A stretch of DNA of 64,000 nucleotides from a virus: IMG/VR virus record IMGVR_UViG_3300044701_003572, positions 1 to 64,000 of that record, one strand, 5' to 3'. Each line of letters starts with the position of its first letter. Position 1 is the stretch's first letter. Position numbers and translations under genes: made by a program. Below are positions 15,999 through 25,193 of this stretch, piece by piece. The notes under the pieces are model-generated. The model saw only the letters and a list, made by a program, of their open reading frames with translations, ran no database searches and was not told the origin of the DNA.

Positions 15999-16729
15999 TA
16001 CCAGCTCCTACAAGACCAGTATCTTGCCTTATGACGCGGACCTGGATTCGCACAATTATGACGAGCACGGAATGACTTTCTACGTGCTGGATTTGATTTC
16101 TTAATACGCATTTTCTTGTCGCCAAAGTTTACTTTAACAACACGACCCTGTGGATTCTTTACATATACTTTTGATTTCTTAACATCACCTGGCATTTTCT
16201 TGCCTAGCTGTACTTTACGGCCTTGATATTCAGCTTCGTCTACTGCTGCATCTTCTTTTTTTAGATACTTGTCTTTGATGCGTCCTTTTTCTTCCTCGTC
16301 TGCACCTTCACGACCTGCTTTCTGCAGTGCTTCAAATCCGTCTTTGCCATATTTTTTAATACCTGTATAGCGTTGTAATCCGCTCTCGTCAAGATCTTCG
16401 CCCATCTTAACACAGTTGTCTACGGTCTTGCCGCCTTTCTGTTTGGTGCCCATACGCTTGTAGCCTTTCCAACAGGCTTTACCATCTACGCCTTTTTGCT
16501 TTTCTTCGTAGATCAGTTCGCCTTCTAGCATTATAGCACCGTTTTCAGTTAAGTGATTTAAGCCAGTTTCGTCTAATTCTACAACGATTCCGTCTTCTGT
16601 GAATCCGATAACCTCAGTAACTATTTCTAAATCAGGACTAAAACTAAATCCGATCGAGTCGCCTAGTTCTGGAACAATGGACTCTTGAGTGTTTTCGATT
16701 GATGTTAATTTGTTTAAAAGGTCTCTCAT
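15998..16729 (-). CDS. modular probable virion protein with a basic C-terminal domain
   Basis: Modules CWKGYKRMG..DNCVK and EAEYQGRKVQL...RKSFRARHNC...YWSCRSW, separated by x-x-E sites. Confidence 0.7.
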   Translation of the reverse strand: MRDLLNKLTSIENTQESIVPELGDSIGFSFSPDLEIVTEVIGFTEDGIVVELDETGLNHLTENGAIMLEGELIYEEKQKGVDGKACWKGYKRMGTKQKGGKTVDNCVKMGEDLDESGLQRYTGIKKYGKDGFEALQKAGREGADEEEKGRIKDKYLKKEDAAVDEAEYQGRKVQLGKKMPGDVKKSKVYVKNPQGRVVKVNFGDKKMRIKKSNPARRKSFRARHNCANPGPRHKARYWSCRSW

Positions 16730-16759
16730 AGTATCTTCCGTAAGGTGATACTATATTTA
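16728..16759 (-). promoter_or_regulatory. TAAATA late promoter overlapping an RBS-sequestering hairpin
   Basis: ATAGTATC...GATACTAT inverted repeat covers the RBS and the ATG; TAAATA at 16754-16759. Confidence 0.6.
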
Positions 16760-16773
16760 TCGATCTTTAAAGC

Positions 16774-17148
16774 TTAGTAAGTATATCGAACTTGTGTGAT
16801 AGTGCCTTGCATTAGCCTGTATGCAGCTCTTATCCACACAAAATTACCAGTAAAGTTACGTGTTTCGTTAGTTAGCAAAGGAGTACTGTCTAATGCCTGT
16901 ATTTCTGATCCAGTATCGTATTCCACATCAAACCAGTCATTAGAAGATGGATGCGTTTCTAATGTCGCTTGTATTTTGATATCGCCTAAAAAGTTATCAA
17001 ATTCAAATATAGCGGTATGTAGAGCTGAGGATTTTTTATGATATCCTGCAGCCTTTTGTTTATCGCTATACTGATACTCTATACCCGAAGTTCCATCCCA
17101 GGTTTCAACAGAAGTAGACGATAATAAAATAGTGTTTTCGTTGGACAT
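16774..17148 (-). CDS. hypothetical beta-rich protein (probable structural)
   Basis: TAAATA 4 nt upstream of the ATG; contains NFTGNFVWIRA. Confidence 0.7.
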   Translation of the reverse strand: MSNENTILLSSTSVETWDGTSGIEYQYSDKQKAAGYHKKSSALHTAIFEFDNFLGDIKIQATLETHPSSNDWFDVEYDTGSEIQALDSTPLLTNETRNFTGNFVWIRAAYRLMQGTITQVRYTY

Positions 17149-17151
17149 CTA

Positions 17152-17826
17152 TTATTTATCGACTATACTATATTCGTGTACTCTGCCCATAGATTCGCTA
17201 GATCTAAGTTTCAGTAATAGCAGGGTATGTTCGTCCTGCACATAGATGTACCGTCGATCCCAGTTCCAATTGGTATCTATAAACCACTTTTTAACTTTTT
17301 CAGAAATTAAAATTTTAGGACTTTGTTGATTGAGCCAAGACAGATAGTTGTTCTTAGCCTGTATATCGTTTTTAAGTTTGTGCGGTAATAGATAAACTTT
17401 ATATTTGTACGATCCGTGTGGAAGTTTTTGTACAGGTATTAATCCTGTATTGAGAATATCTAACTGATTGTTATCAGGCACCGAGATATAAACAATCTTA
17501 TCAGCTAGCTCTTTTTCAATACTATCGCATATAGATTTGTCATTTGTGTAAATGTCAATCCTATTGCTTTCGATCCTCTTAGCGTAAGAATCTTTCTGAG
17601 TTAAGTTTAGAATACATGCTAATTTACTGATATACGATTTATTGCTGTAGGCCTTGATCAGGCTACTTTGTCTATAACCATTGCCTTCGGGCATTTCTTC
17701 TTTATCAAAATTAATCAATTTTTCAATAGAATTTATTCTCATTATAGATACACCAGGTATCAATAGTGATACCTTGTATACCCATTTATTATAGAACTTT
17801 CTATTGGTGTATTTTATTTTAGTCAT
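17152..17826 (-). CDS. hypothetical protein
   Basis: 224-aa ORF overlapping the clpA stop. Confidence 0.75.
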   Translation of the reverse strand: MTKIKYTNRKFYNKWVYKVSLLIPGVSIMRINSIEKLINFDKEEMPEGNGYRQSSLIKAYSNKSYISKLACILNLTQKDSYAKRIESNRIDIYTNDKSICDSIEKELADKIVYISVPDNNQLDILNTGLIPVQKLPHGSYKYKVYLLPHKLKNDIQAKNNYLSWLNQQSPKILISEKVKKWFIDTNWNWDRRYIYVQDEHTLLLLKLRSSESMGRVHEYSIVDK

Positions 17827-20140
17827 TTTCTAGTAATGGGATCGGTTCCCCTCTTTTCAATGCCTTGCGCTGTTCTTTAGTCAGAGTCACTTCTTTTTTA
17901 AGAAATGTGAAAGAAATTTCGTTCCCGTTTAAGTTTACGACTGCCTTTCCGCCTTCTTTTAACTCTCCGAATAGGACTTGTCTACTTAGAGGAGATTTAA
18001 TTTTGTTATCAATCAATCTCGCTAACGGTCTTGCACCCATCTTACTGTCGTAGCCTTTTTCGGCTAACCAGCTAATCACAGATTGATCAGCGACGATCTC
18101 GATGTTCTTTTCTTTGATCTGTTGATTTAAATCAGAAATAAATTTTTCAACGATCTTACGCACAGTTTCTTGTGATAATTTTGTAAACTTGATAGTCGCA
18201 TCTAATCTATTACGGAATTCGGGAGCGAAGAATTTTTTAACTGCTTTGTCATCTTCCCCTTCTCGAGATAAATCTCCAAAACCGATAGTATTTTTTTCGT
18301 TATCAGCAGCACCTAAGTTGCTGGTCATAATCAAAATAGTATTCCTACCATCTGCTACTTTTCCATTGCTACCAGTAACGAATCCGTTGTCCATAAATTG
18401 TAATAGAATATTAGTAACATCCGGATGAGCTTTTTCAATTTCGTCTAATAGTAAAACACAATTTGGTGTTTCCTGTAATTTCGTGATAAGTTGACCAGCA
18501 TTATCTTCGTAACCTACATATCCTGGAGGTGCACCGATAAGTTTGGCGACGCTGTGTTTTTCTTGATATTCACTCATATCAAATCTAACCAACGGCAATC
18601 CCATTTTTAAACTTAGTTGTTTAGCAGTTTCTGTTTTACCGCAACCCGTCGGACCTGCAAATAAGAAACATCCAACTGGTTTATTAGGTAACTTCATACC
18701 AGCCTGTGCTACAAAAATTTTATCTAATAAGTTATCTACAGCACCATCCTGACCGTAGACAACTTCTTTCATTCCGGATTCTAGATCTGCAAGATTTTTG
18801 CTCTCTTTCTGCGCTACAGTTTCCAAAGGCATATTGATCATCTTGCTAAGTTCGTAGGTTACCTGCTCAACGTCTACGATCTGCTCAATACCTTCCATTG
18901 TTTCGTCGTCTCGAAGTTTATATCTAGCAGATGCACAATCAATAATATCGATAGCCTTATCTGGAAGTTTTTTGTCTGGCATATACTTCACAGATAGTTT
19001 AACCGCTTGTTCAATTGCTGCTTCTGTAATCTTTACATTATGATGCTTTTCATAATATTTTTTAATTCCTTTGATGATCTTAACGGTAATTTCGCTGGTC
19101 GGTTCGTCGATAGTAACACGTTGGAATCTGCGCATCAACGCACGATCCTTTTCAAAATGCTTGCGATATTCTTCCCAGGTAGTAGATGCTATCAGTTTAA
19201 TAACACCCTTGGTCAATATAGGTTTAAGAATGTTGGCCAGATCGTTGCTTGATTGATTGGCTGCGCCCGCACCTTGCATCATATGTGCCTCATCAATGAA
19301 AAGAATAATCTTGCCTTTTCTTTCTAGTGCGGTTAATACAGCCTTGATGCGTTCTTCAAAGTCTCCTCGATATTTAGATCCTGCTAACAACGAACTAATG
19401 TCTAGTGTATATACCTGGTGATCTTGAATAAACTTAGGAACTTTCTTTTCAAATATCTTACGTGCTAGACCTTCTGCGATCGCAGTCTTACCTACACCTG
19501 GCTCGCCAACCATTAGTACATTACACTTATTTCTGCGAGCCAAAATTAGTTGAATGTTTTCAAGTTCTTCATCTCGTCCAATTACAGGATCTATTTTACG
19601 TTGTTTAGCTAATAGGCTTAGATTAGTACAAAATTGATTGATAATTTTTTCGATTTGATTTGGATTCACTACAGCGTTCTCATTGTCGTTTTCTTCATCA
19701 TCTCCTGTGAGTTGATCATGAAAGTGTTGGATGAATTTTTCTTTGCTGACTCCGCCTTTGCTTAAAAAATAAAAAGCGAAAGAATTCTTTTCATTAAGAA
19801 TACTTAAAATAACATCTATAATTTCAATTTTTTGACGCCCACTGAATAGTACCTGTGAGAAACATCTGTTTAATACTCGTTCCACCGAATTGGTTTTTTT
19901 AGGTCTTAGATTTTCATCTTCGGTCTTAATGTCGCTGAGATTGTTAATGACGTAATTTTCTAAATTGTTTTTAATAAAATTAACATCAGCACCGAACTGT
20001 TCTAGATGATTATAGGAATTTTCATCTAACATTATGCTATAAACAATATGTTCTAGTGTTATGTATTCGTGTTGATTCGATTTAGCTACTTCGATAGCAG
20101 TTTCGAAAACACCCTGAAGGCTCTTACTAGGTTCGATCAT
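17819..20140 (-). CDS. clpA: ClpA-like AAA+ chaperone
   Basis: Clp N-domain, Walker A motifs GEPGVGKT and GPTGCGKT, LLAGSKYRGDFEER, DMSEYQEKH, GAPPGYVG, and an IGF ClpP-binding loop. No ClpB M-domain. Confidence 0.93.
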   Translation of the reverse strand: MIEPSKSLQGVFETAIEVAKSNQHEYITLEHIVYSIMLDENSYNHLEQFGADVNFIKNNLENYVINNLSDIKTEDENLRPKKTNSVERVLNRCFSQVLFSGRQKIEIIDVILSILNEKNSFAFYFLSKGGVSKEKFIQHFHDQLTGDDEENDNENAVVNPNQIEKIINQFCTNLSLLAKQRKIDPVIGRDEELENIQLILARRNKCNVLMVGEPGVGKTAIAEGLARKIFEKKVPKFIQDHQVYTLDISSLLAGSKYRGDFEERIKAVLTALERKGKIILFIDEAHMMQGAGAANQSSNDLANILKPILTKGVIKLIASTTWEEYRKHFEKDRALMRRFQRVTIDEPTSEITVKIIKGIKKYYEKHHNVKITEAAIEQAVKLSVKYMPDKKLPDKAIDIIDCASARYKLRDDETMEGIEQIVDVEQVTYELSKMINMPLETVAQKESKNLADLESGMKEVVYGQDGAVDNLLDKIFVAQAGMKLPNKPVGCFLFAGPTGCGKTETAKQLSLKMGLPLVRFDMSEYQEKHSVAKLIGAPPGYVGYEDNAGQLITKLQETPNCVLLLDEIEKAHPDVTNILLQFMDNGFVTGSNGKVADGRNTILIMTSNLGAADNEKNTIGFGDLSREGEDDKAVKKFFAPEFRNRLDATIKFTKLSQETVRKIVEKFISDLNQQIKEKNIEIVADQSVISWLAEKGYDSKMGARPLARLIDNKIKSPLSRQVLFGELKEGGKAVVNLNGNEISFTFLKKEVTLTKEQRKALKRGEPIPLLEND

Positions 20141-20634
20141 TATTTAAATTTCCTTAATTTCTTCATAGCTAATTGTAACTTTAATTGAGATACTTTGTCA
20201 ACGAAACATACGCCATCTAGATGATCGTATTCATGTTGAAAACATTTTGATAGATACCCATCTACTTTAATTTCTTTAATATTACCTTTGCTGTCTTGAT
20301 ATTCAGCAATGACCCATTGAGGTCTTTTAATCATTAAAAACAGTCCAGGATAACTTAAACATCCTTCTTTATCCAGAACTGTTTCTTTGCTAGATTCTAT
20401 AATTTTAGGATTGAACACAGCAAATGGTTTCGGAAAACCTGGTATATTCTCGCTGCCTATAACAAATACTCTTTTAGCAATATTGATTTGATTGGCCGCA
20501 AGGCCTATTCCGTTGTTAGATATCATGAATTCGCACATAAATTTTTCAATTAATTCTGCGTCGCCGTCGGAATTAAAATCCCATCCTATGCTCTTTTCGA
20601 TTAGACTTTCGTGCGGCCCTAGATTAAATTGCAT
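20140..20634 (-). CDS. def: peptide deformylase
   Basis: GIGLAANQ, EGCLS and QHEYDHLDG motifs. Confidence 0.95.
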   Translation of the reverse strand: MQFNLGPHESLIEKSIGWDFNSDGDAELIEKFMCEFMISNNGIGLAANQINIAKRVFVIGSENIPGFPKPFAVFNPKIIESSKETVLDKEGCLSYPGLFLMIKRPQWVIAEYQDSKGNIKEIKVDGYLSKCFQHEYDHLDGVCFVDKVSQLKLQLAMKKLRKFK

Positions 20635-21463
20635 TTTTTCTTATCGTTTCTATTAGGTTTTTCTGTGCAGCATCGAGATTTCTTGGAATATCGATTTTTA
20701 TTTTCATTAACAGATTACCCCTTTGCCTAGTTCGCATATTAGGTAATCCTTCCCCTCGACAGCTTAACACGGTTTCCGGCTGAGTCCCGGGTGGAATTGT
20801 TATTGTAATAATCTTGTTATCTATAGTTGAAATATTTAAATTTGTTCCGAGAATAGCATCCCAAACACTGATAACTTTTTCAATAGCCAGAGCATCACCC
20901 TCTCTTCTAAACACAGAATGCGGTCTAACTCTTACATTAACAATCAAATCACCTGCCCTTAAGTCAGGAATAGAATCGTCACCCATTCCTGAATATTTTA
21001 TTTGTTGACCGTTATCTATCCCAGGCGGGATTTGAATATTGATTACTTTTTTCTTTCCTCCCGGAATTCCGACTTCTGCGTTTATTTCCTTACCAGATAG
21101 TACATCTTCCAGAGTGACATCTATAGTAATGTTTAAAGATTTATTTCTTCTCATTGGTCGTTGATTGAATCCAAATCCGAATTGATTAAAAATATCGTGT
21201 ATATTATCAGAGCCGAAATGAAATTCAAACGGTCCCTGATTCCAATTATGACCTTGATTTTGAGAGTTGGGATCGACTCCAGCATCTACTAGTCTTTTCT
21301 TTTCAGGATCGCTTAGTGTCCGATAGGCCTCTTCTATCTCTTTGAATTTTTTTTCATCACCTCCGCGATCTGGATGATGTTTCATCGCGAGGCTTCGGTA
21401 GGCCTTTTTAATGTCTGACTCCGAAGACCCTCTGTTTAACCCTAATGTTTTATAATAATCCAT
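20624..21463 (-). CDS. DnaJ-class co-chaperone without zinc finger (CbpA-like)
   Basis: MDYYKTLG...KHHPD J-domain, G/F-rich region and C-terminal domain; no CxxCxGxG. Start at ATG 21463. Confidence 0.92.
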   Translation of the reverse strand: MDYYKTLGLNRGSSESDIKKAYRSLAMKHHPDRGGDEKKFKEIEEAYRTLSDPEKKRLVDAGVDPNSQNQGHNWNQGPFEFHFGSDNIHDIFNQFGFGFNQRPMRRNKSLNITIDVTLEDVLSGKEINAEVGIPGGKKKVINIQIPPGIDNGQQIKYSGMGDDSIPDLRAGDLIVNVRVRPHSVFRREGDALAIEKVISVWDAILGTNLNISTIDNKIITITIPPGTQPETVLSCRGEGLPNMRTRQRGNLLMKIKIDIPRNLDAAQKNLIETIRKNAI

Positions 21464-21470
21464 ACAGTAT

Positions 21471-21499
21471 ATTATACGAAAAAAATAGGACTGAATCAA
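21471..21499 (-). promoter_or_regulatory. sigma70-type promoter TTGATT-N17-TATAAT giving a leaderless dnaJ transcript
   Basis: -10 at 21471-21476; the ATG starts 7 nt downstream and has no SD. Confidence 0.65.
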
Positions 21500-21510
21500 T
21501 CAGTCCTATT
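21479..21510 (-). terminator. intrinsic terminator after the lysis/membrane operon
   Basis: AATAGGACTGA-TTGAT-TCAGTCCTATT followed by a T-run on the minus strand. Confidence 0.8.
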
Positions 21511-21534
21511 ATTTACTTCGCTGTTACTGAGCTG

Positions 21535-21765
21535 TTATTTTTTCTTTTCAGGGACTGCTGTACCTTCGTGTTTCTTGTGTACCTTTACTTCTTTGCAGTT
21601 CTGTTTAGGTTTTTTAGTTTTTGGATCAATAACGGGCTTACCGTCTTTGCCCTGTGCGTCTACACAGACTTTTTTGGTTTCTGGTTGTTTATCATGGTTA
21701 TCTGCATAAACAGCAGGATATGATAATGCTAGAGCTAAACCTGCTACAAAAATAATGTGTTTCAT
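21535..21765 (-). CDS. small secreted/periplasmic protein with a signal peptide and 2 Cys
   Basis: Signal peptide MKHIIFVAGLALALSYPAVYA; strong SD. Confidence 0.75.
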   Translation of the reverse strand: MKHIIFVAGLALALSYPAVYADNHDKQPETKKVCVDAQGKDGKPVIDPKTKKPKQNCKEVKVHKKHEGTAVPEKKK

Positions 21766-21774
21766 ATATTCTCC

Positions 21775-22365
21775 TTAAAGTTCTGGATGATCGGGTTGTT
21801 CAGGCATAGGTTTGCCTGTACTACTCATTAATGGTGCTGCTGACATCGCTCCGAAGCCTGTTGATGCCGGAGGAACTGCACCAAAACCTGGACTGGTTGT
21901 ACCAAAGCCTCCTGTTTGGGGTGCGCCAAATGCAGAAGTTGGGGATTTGAATGTAGCATTAAATCCACCTATGTTAGCAGATGCACTAAATCCGCCACCA
22001 CTTGGACCTGCACCTGGAGCCGGGCTCACAGTTGGTGCTTTATTAGCTGATTCAAGGGCCTTGGCTTTTAGATCTTTATCGTTGCCTGCTAACATAATCC
22101 CTGACAGTGTTCCTGTAAGGAATGTTGCAATAGGTATAATCAATTCAAAAAACTTTTGATCGATTGGACTGATAGCATTTAGTGGTTGTGTGACAAAAAT
22201 AATCGAATACAACACAACAAAAACAATGCCTGTTAGTGTTAAGGCTAGACAGATTCCGATAAAGAATCTGAGTCTAGCCATTAATTGGTCTTCTGTATAG
22301 ATAAAGTATTCGCCTGTTTCTTTATCTTCTTTTTTAAATCTGGTTAAAAGTTCCATTATCTGCAT
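21775..22365 (-). CDS. two-TM membrane protein with an FG/Pro-rich disordered tail
   Basis: Two hydrophobic helices; GGF/GFG repeats; ends PEQPDHPEL. Confidence 0.75.
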   Translation of the reverse strand: MQIMELLTRFKKEDKETGEYFIYTEDQLMARLRFFIGICLALTLTGIVFVVLYSIIFVTQPLNAISPIDQKFFELIIPIATFLTGTLSGIMLAGNDKDLKAKALESANKAPTVSPAPGAGPSGGGFSASANIGGFNATFKSPTSAFGAPQTGGFGTTSPGFGAVPPASTGFGAMSAAPLMSSTGKPMPEQPDHPEL

Positions 22366-22631
22366 CCTTTATTATCGACTACGGGGGGTTGAGCTATAGA
22401 AGCCGGAGTTCCATCTTTAGGAGGTCCTAATCTAGGATCTCTTTGTCCTTTGAATATATGCTCAGGACAGGTTCTCGTTACATCACATAATGGAAGTTTG
22501 CACATATCTTTGTCCCAATTAGCTGGATCTTGACAAGGATAACGGAAACTATCTCCTCCGAAAATAGCTAGACCTAAAGGTAGGGCAAGCAAAATAATTA
22601 CCCATTTAAATAATTTTAAATCACTGTTCAT
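22356..22631 (-). CDS. membrane-anchored Cys-rich protein
   Basis: N-terminal TM followed by FRYPCQDPANW..C..P.C....CP. Confidence 0.75.
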   Translation of the reverse strand: MNSDLKLFKWVIILLALPLGLAIFGGDSFRYPCQDPANWDKDMCKLPLCDVTRTCPEHIFKGQRDPRLGPPKDGTPASIAQPPVVDNKGCR

Positions 22632-22711
22632 ACCGCTCCTTTTGCTCTAACATAAAATACAATGTTATTTACCCAAAAAAGTTGTAAAGTGCTGCCTTGA
22701 ATAAACTGCTA

Positions 22712-23077
22712 TTATAATTCAGGCTCAGCTGGTTGGGGTACACGTTTTGGACCAGGAGCCGGGGAAATTCTGCCGACCACTGAGCTCTGCCCTTTGCTCA
22801 TCCAGGCAGTTACTCCCATATAGGCACCTACTACTCCGGCCTGTGCAATATAAAACAGTCCTAGTAAATCTGCCAACGCTTCGACCCTACTGTCGGATAC
22901 AACAGGACTGAATAGTAAGACAGTAAACACGATCATGGAAATAATAGCTACCCAAGCCATTCTGCGCTGGCTGTCTGCTTTTTCTTCTCTAAGTTCTAAT
23001 TCTAACAGTTGAGTACTGTTTTCTATATCACGTCGACCTATCTTACCGTCGTTGTCTAGATCTGCAACTGAAACCAT
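22712..23077 (-). CDS. holin-like two-TM protein
   Basis: Two TM helices; last gene of the endolysin-spanin cassette; N-terminal EF-hand-like DLDNDGKI. Confidence 0.55.
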   Translation of the reverse strand: MVSVADLDNDGKIGRRDIENSTQLLELELREEKADSQRRMAWVAIISMIVFTVLLFSPVVSDSRVEALADLLGLFYIAQAGVVGAYMGVTAWMSKGQSSVVGRISPAPGPKRVPQPAEPEL

Positions 23078-23078
23078 A

Positions 23079-23351
23079 TTATTTCACTTCGTCGAAAATT
23101 TTCTTCTGCGCATTATACCATTCGACCCAGCCGTCGACTTTAATCTTACATTCGTGATATTGTGCGTAATTATCAGCTACTACACCTATGACCTTTGATA
23201 GTTGTTCTGTACCAGGCTCTACGGTTTTCAGTGCAGGACAGGCTTTCATTAATTCTTCTGGAACACCTGGAAAGTTTCTTTTTACTGGTGCAGTAGTTCC
23301 TAGACAACCTGCTAATAAAAATACTGGAAGAATTAAAATTAGTTTTTTCAT
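23079..23351 (-). CDS. o-spanin (Rz1-like lipoprotein)
   Basis: Lipobox LLAGC; Pro/Cys-rich mature part; follows the i-spanin. Confidence 0.8.
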   Translation of the reverse strand: MKKLILILPVFLLAGCLGTTAPVKRNFPGVPEELMKACPALKTVEPGTEQLSKVIGVVADNYAQYHECKIKVDGWVEWYNAQKKIFDEVK

Positions 23352-23815
23352 TTCTTTTCTTCCTTTAACTGTCCGGTAGCTGCCATATTAAGTATGTCGA
23401 TAGCTTCAGGTGCAACCTTGCATTGTGCATCGATTATCTTTTCTTTTTCAACAATTATATTTCTAACAACTTCTTGTACTACTTTAACTTCTTTGATTTT
23501 TTCTACAATCTTAGTGCGTATCTCGATATTCTTTTCTTTGGCTTTCTGTTCTGAGATCGCTACCTTTTCTTCTAGTTCACGAACACGTTCACGCCAATCC
23601 ATTTCAGTTCCATAGCTGCCAAATACATAGGCACCTACAGTTAATAGTAGGACACCCAAGATTTCTGCAGGAAATTTATATTGGCTTAAAAGAGGTAGCC
23701 ATTGAATAACTTTGCTAAGAATATATAATGCTACCCCTAGACCAACCAGTGCATAGCTTACCCAGACAAAAAACGTATCCGGTATAAAACTTAGCATCCA
23801 GCCAGTTAACCACAT
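23348..23815 (-). CDS. i-spanin (Rz-like)
   Basis: N-terminal TM segments, a periplasmic coiled coil and a C-terminal Cys; lies between the endolysin and the lipoprotein. Confidence 0.75.
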   Translation of the reverse strand: MWLTGWMLSFIPDTFFVWVSYALVGLGVALYILSKVIQWLPLLSQYKFPAEILGVLLLTVGAYVFGSYGTEMDWRERVRELEEKVAISEQKAKEKNIEIRTKIVEKIKEVKVVQEVVRNIIVEKEKIIDAQCKVAPEAIDILNMAATGQLKEEKK

Positions 23816-23817
23816 TT

Positions 23818-24447
23818 TTAGTGTGCTCCAAAAATATGTAAAGCGTGTTGATAGTGTTTCTGGCGATCCTCTAGACCGATAGTACCACCATTGATACGCT
23901 TGGTCAGTGTGAGTATGTCACCTGCGTCCGCCCACTTATTTAGATTATTTTGTTCCCAGAAGAAACAGGCTGACTGCACAGCACCTTCGAAGGTCTGTAG
24001 ATACTCGCTGGCTTCTTCTACAGGAATATCTAAACTTGCTGCGAAGAATGTATAATTGTCTTTACCAGTCAACTGGATCAATCCTCTACCACAGTAGCGC
24101 CATCCGTCTCCAGATGATTCATCACCGTTGCCCATACGACTAGCATAAACTCTGTTAGCGATCTTTTCTGGCTTGTTAGCGTAGGCCGCTGCTGTTGCAT
24201 CGTCTGGAAAATACTTAGGAAACACTTTGCGTAAACTTGCTGCTTTGTAATTTAGATTTTCTTTTAGGAAAATAAAACCACCTGATTCGTGAGCGCATTG
24301 TGCTAAAAATGCTGCAACTCTCTGTGGAGTGTTTATTTCGTATTCCGGAAGAATTTCAGATATGGCTTTGTACCAGTTATCCAAATATGGATTTTTCGGA
24401 ATCATTTCTTTAAGTTGATCTTTGGTAAAGTTGAATGTAAAACTCAT
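23818..24447 (-). CDS. glycoside hydrolase family 19 endolysin
   Basis: AAFLAQCAHESG, ENLNY, GRGLIQLTGKDNY and TKRINGG. Confidence 0.92.
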   Translation of the reverse strand: MSFTFNFTKDQLKEMIPKNPYLDNWYKAISEILPEYEINTPQRVAAFLAQCAHESGGFIFLKENLNYKAASLRKVFPKYFPDDATAAAYANKPEKIANRVYASRMGNGDESSGDGWRYCGRGLIQLTGKDNYTFFAASLDIPVEEASEYLQTFEGAVQSACFFWEQNNLNKWADAGDILTLTKRINGGTIGLEDRQKHYQHALHIFGAH

Positions 24448-25193
24448 TAGTCTATCCTTTGTAGTAACATGGCTCGCCCCTTGTTATCGAACAAGAAGTT
24501 CTCGCCAATTTTAGTAATGTTATAATCCCCTAATACTTTAGTTAACCAAAAAACTTCACTGGTTGATGTTTGATCTACTGTAGTTGTATCTTCGGTATTT
24601 TCTAAAATGTGTTGAGTATTGTCTTCGCCTATTATTTTTAATCTAACAAATTTATTGAAAGGTTTTTTAATTGTGATAACATCGTTTTCTAAAACTAAAT
24701 CATCCATTAAGGTTTTGTTGAAGAATTTTTTAATACTTTCAGTTTTGGTTTTATTCATAAATCCTTCGTAGGCCATTGGAGTTTCCGGAACGATTCTTCT
24801 CAACATTTCCTGATTAGCCTCGTGTACAGCAGAATCTTTATGATATTTAAATTTCCACTGATCATTGCCGGTAAGTTTATTGATACCGTAGGTTAGTTCT
24901 TTAATGTTTTCTGATAACTTTTCGTTTCGTGAAAGTTCTATAAAAACAAAATATTCTCCCTGATCGTTTTCACCAGAGCTAACATCTGCATCTAAAACAA
25001 AAGAGTAACCTTTTTCAACGAATTCCATTAGGTCTTTTGCCGGAGCTCTGTCTTTAACCTTAAAAGAAAGAACGCAAACATCTCGATCCTCTCCCATTTT
25101 TGATCTGTAGGTATCTATATCAAAAATAGGATGAACTAGATTAAGTAGATCATCTGATCTTAATCCTTCATTAAGCTGCTGGTTGTTCTGCAT
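24447..25193 (-). CDS. hypothetical protein (probable virion)
   Basis: Probable start ATG 25193 (MQNNQQLNEG...). Confidence 0.7.
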   Translation of the reverse strand: MQNNQQLNEGLRSDDLLNLVHPIFDIDTYRSKMGEDRDVCVLSFKVKDRAPAKDLMEFVEKGYSFVLDADVSSGENDQGEYFVFIELSRNEKLSENIKELTYGINKLTGNDQWKFKYHKDSAVHEANQEMLRRIVPETPMAYEGFMNKTKTESIKKFFNKTLMDDLVLENDVITIKKPFNKFVRLKIIGEDNTQHILENTEDTTTVDQTSTSEVFWLTKVLGDYNITKIGENFLFDNKGRAMLLQRID

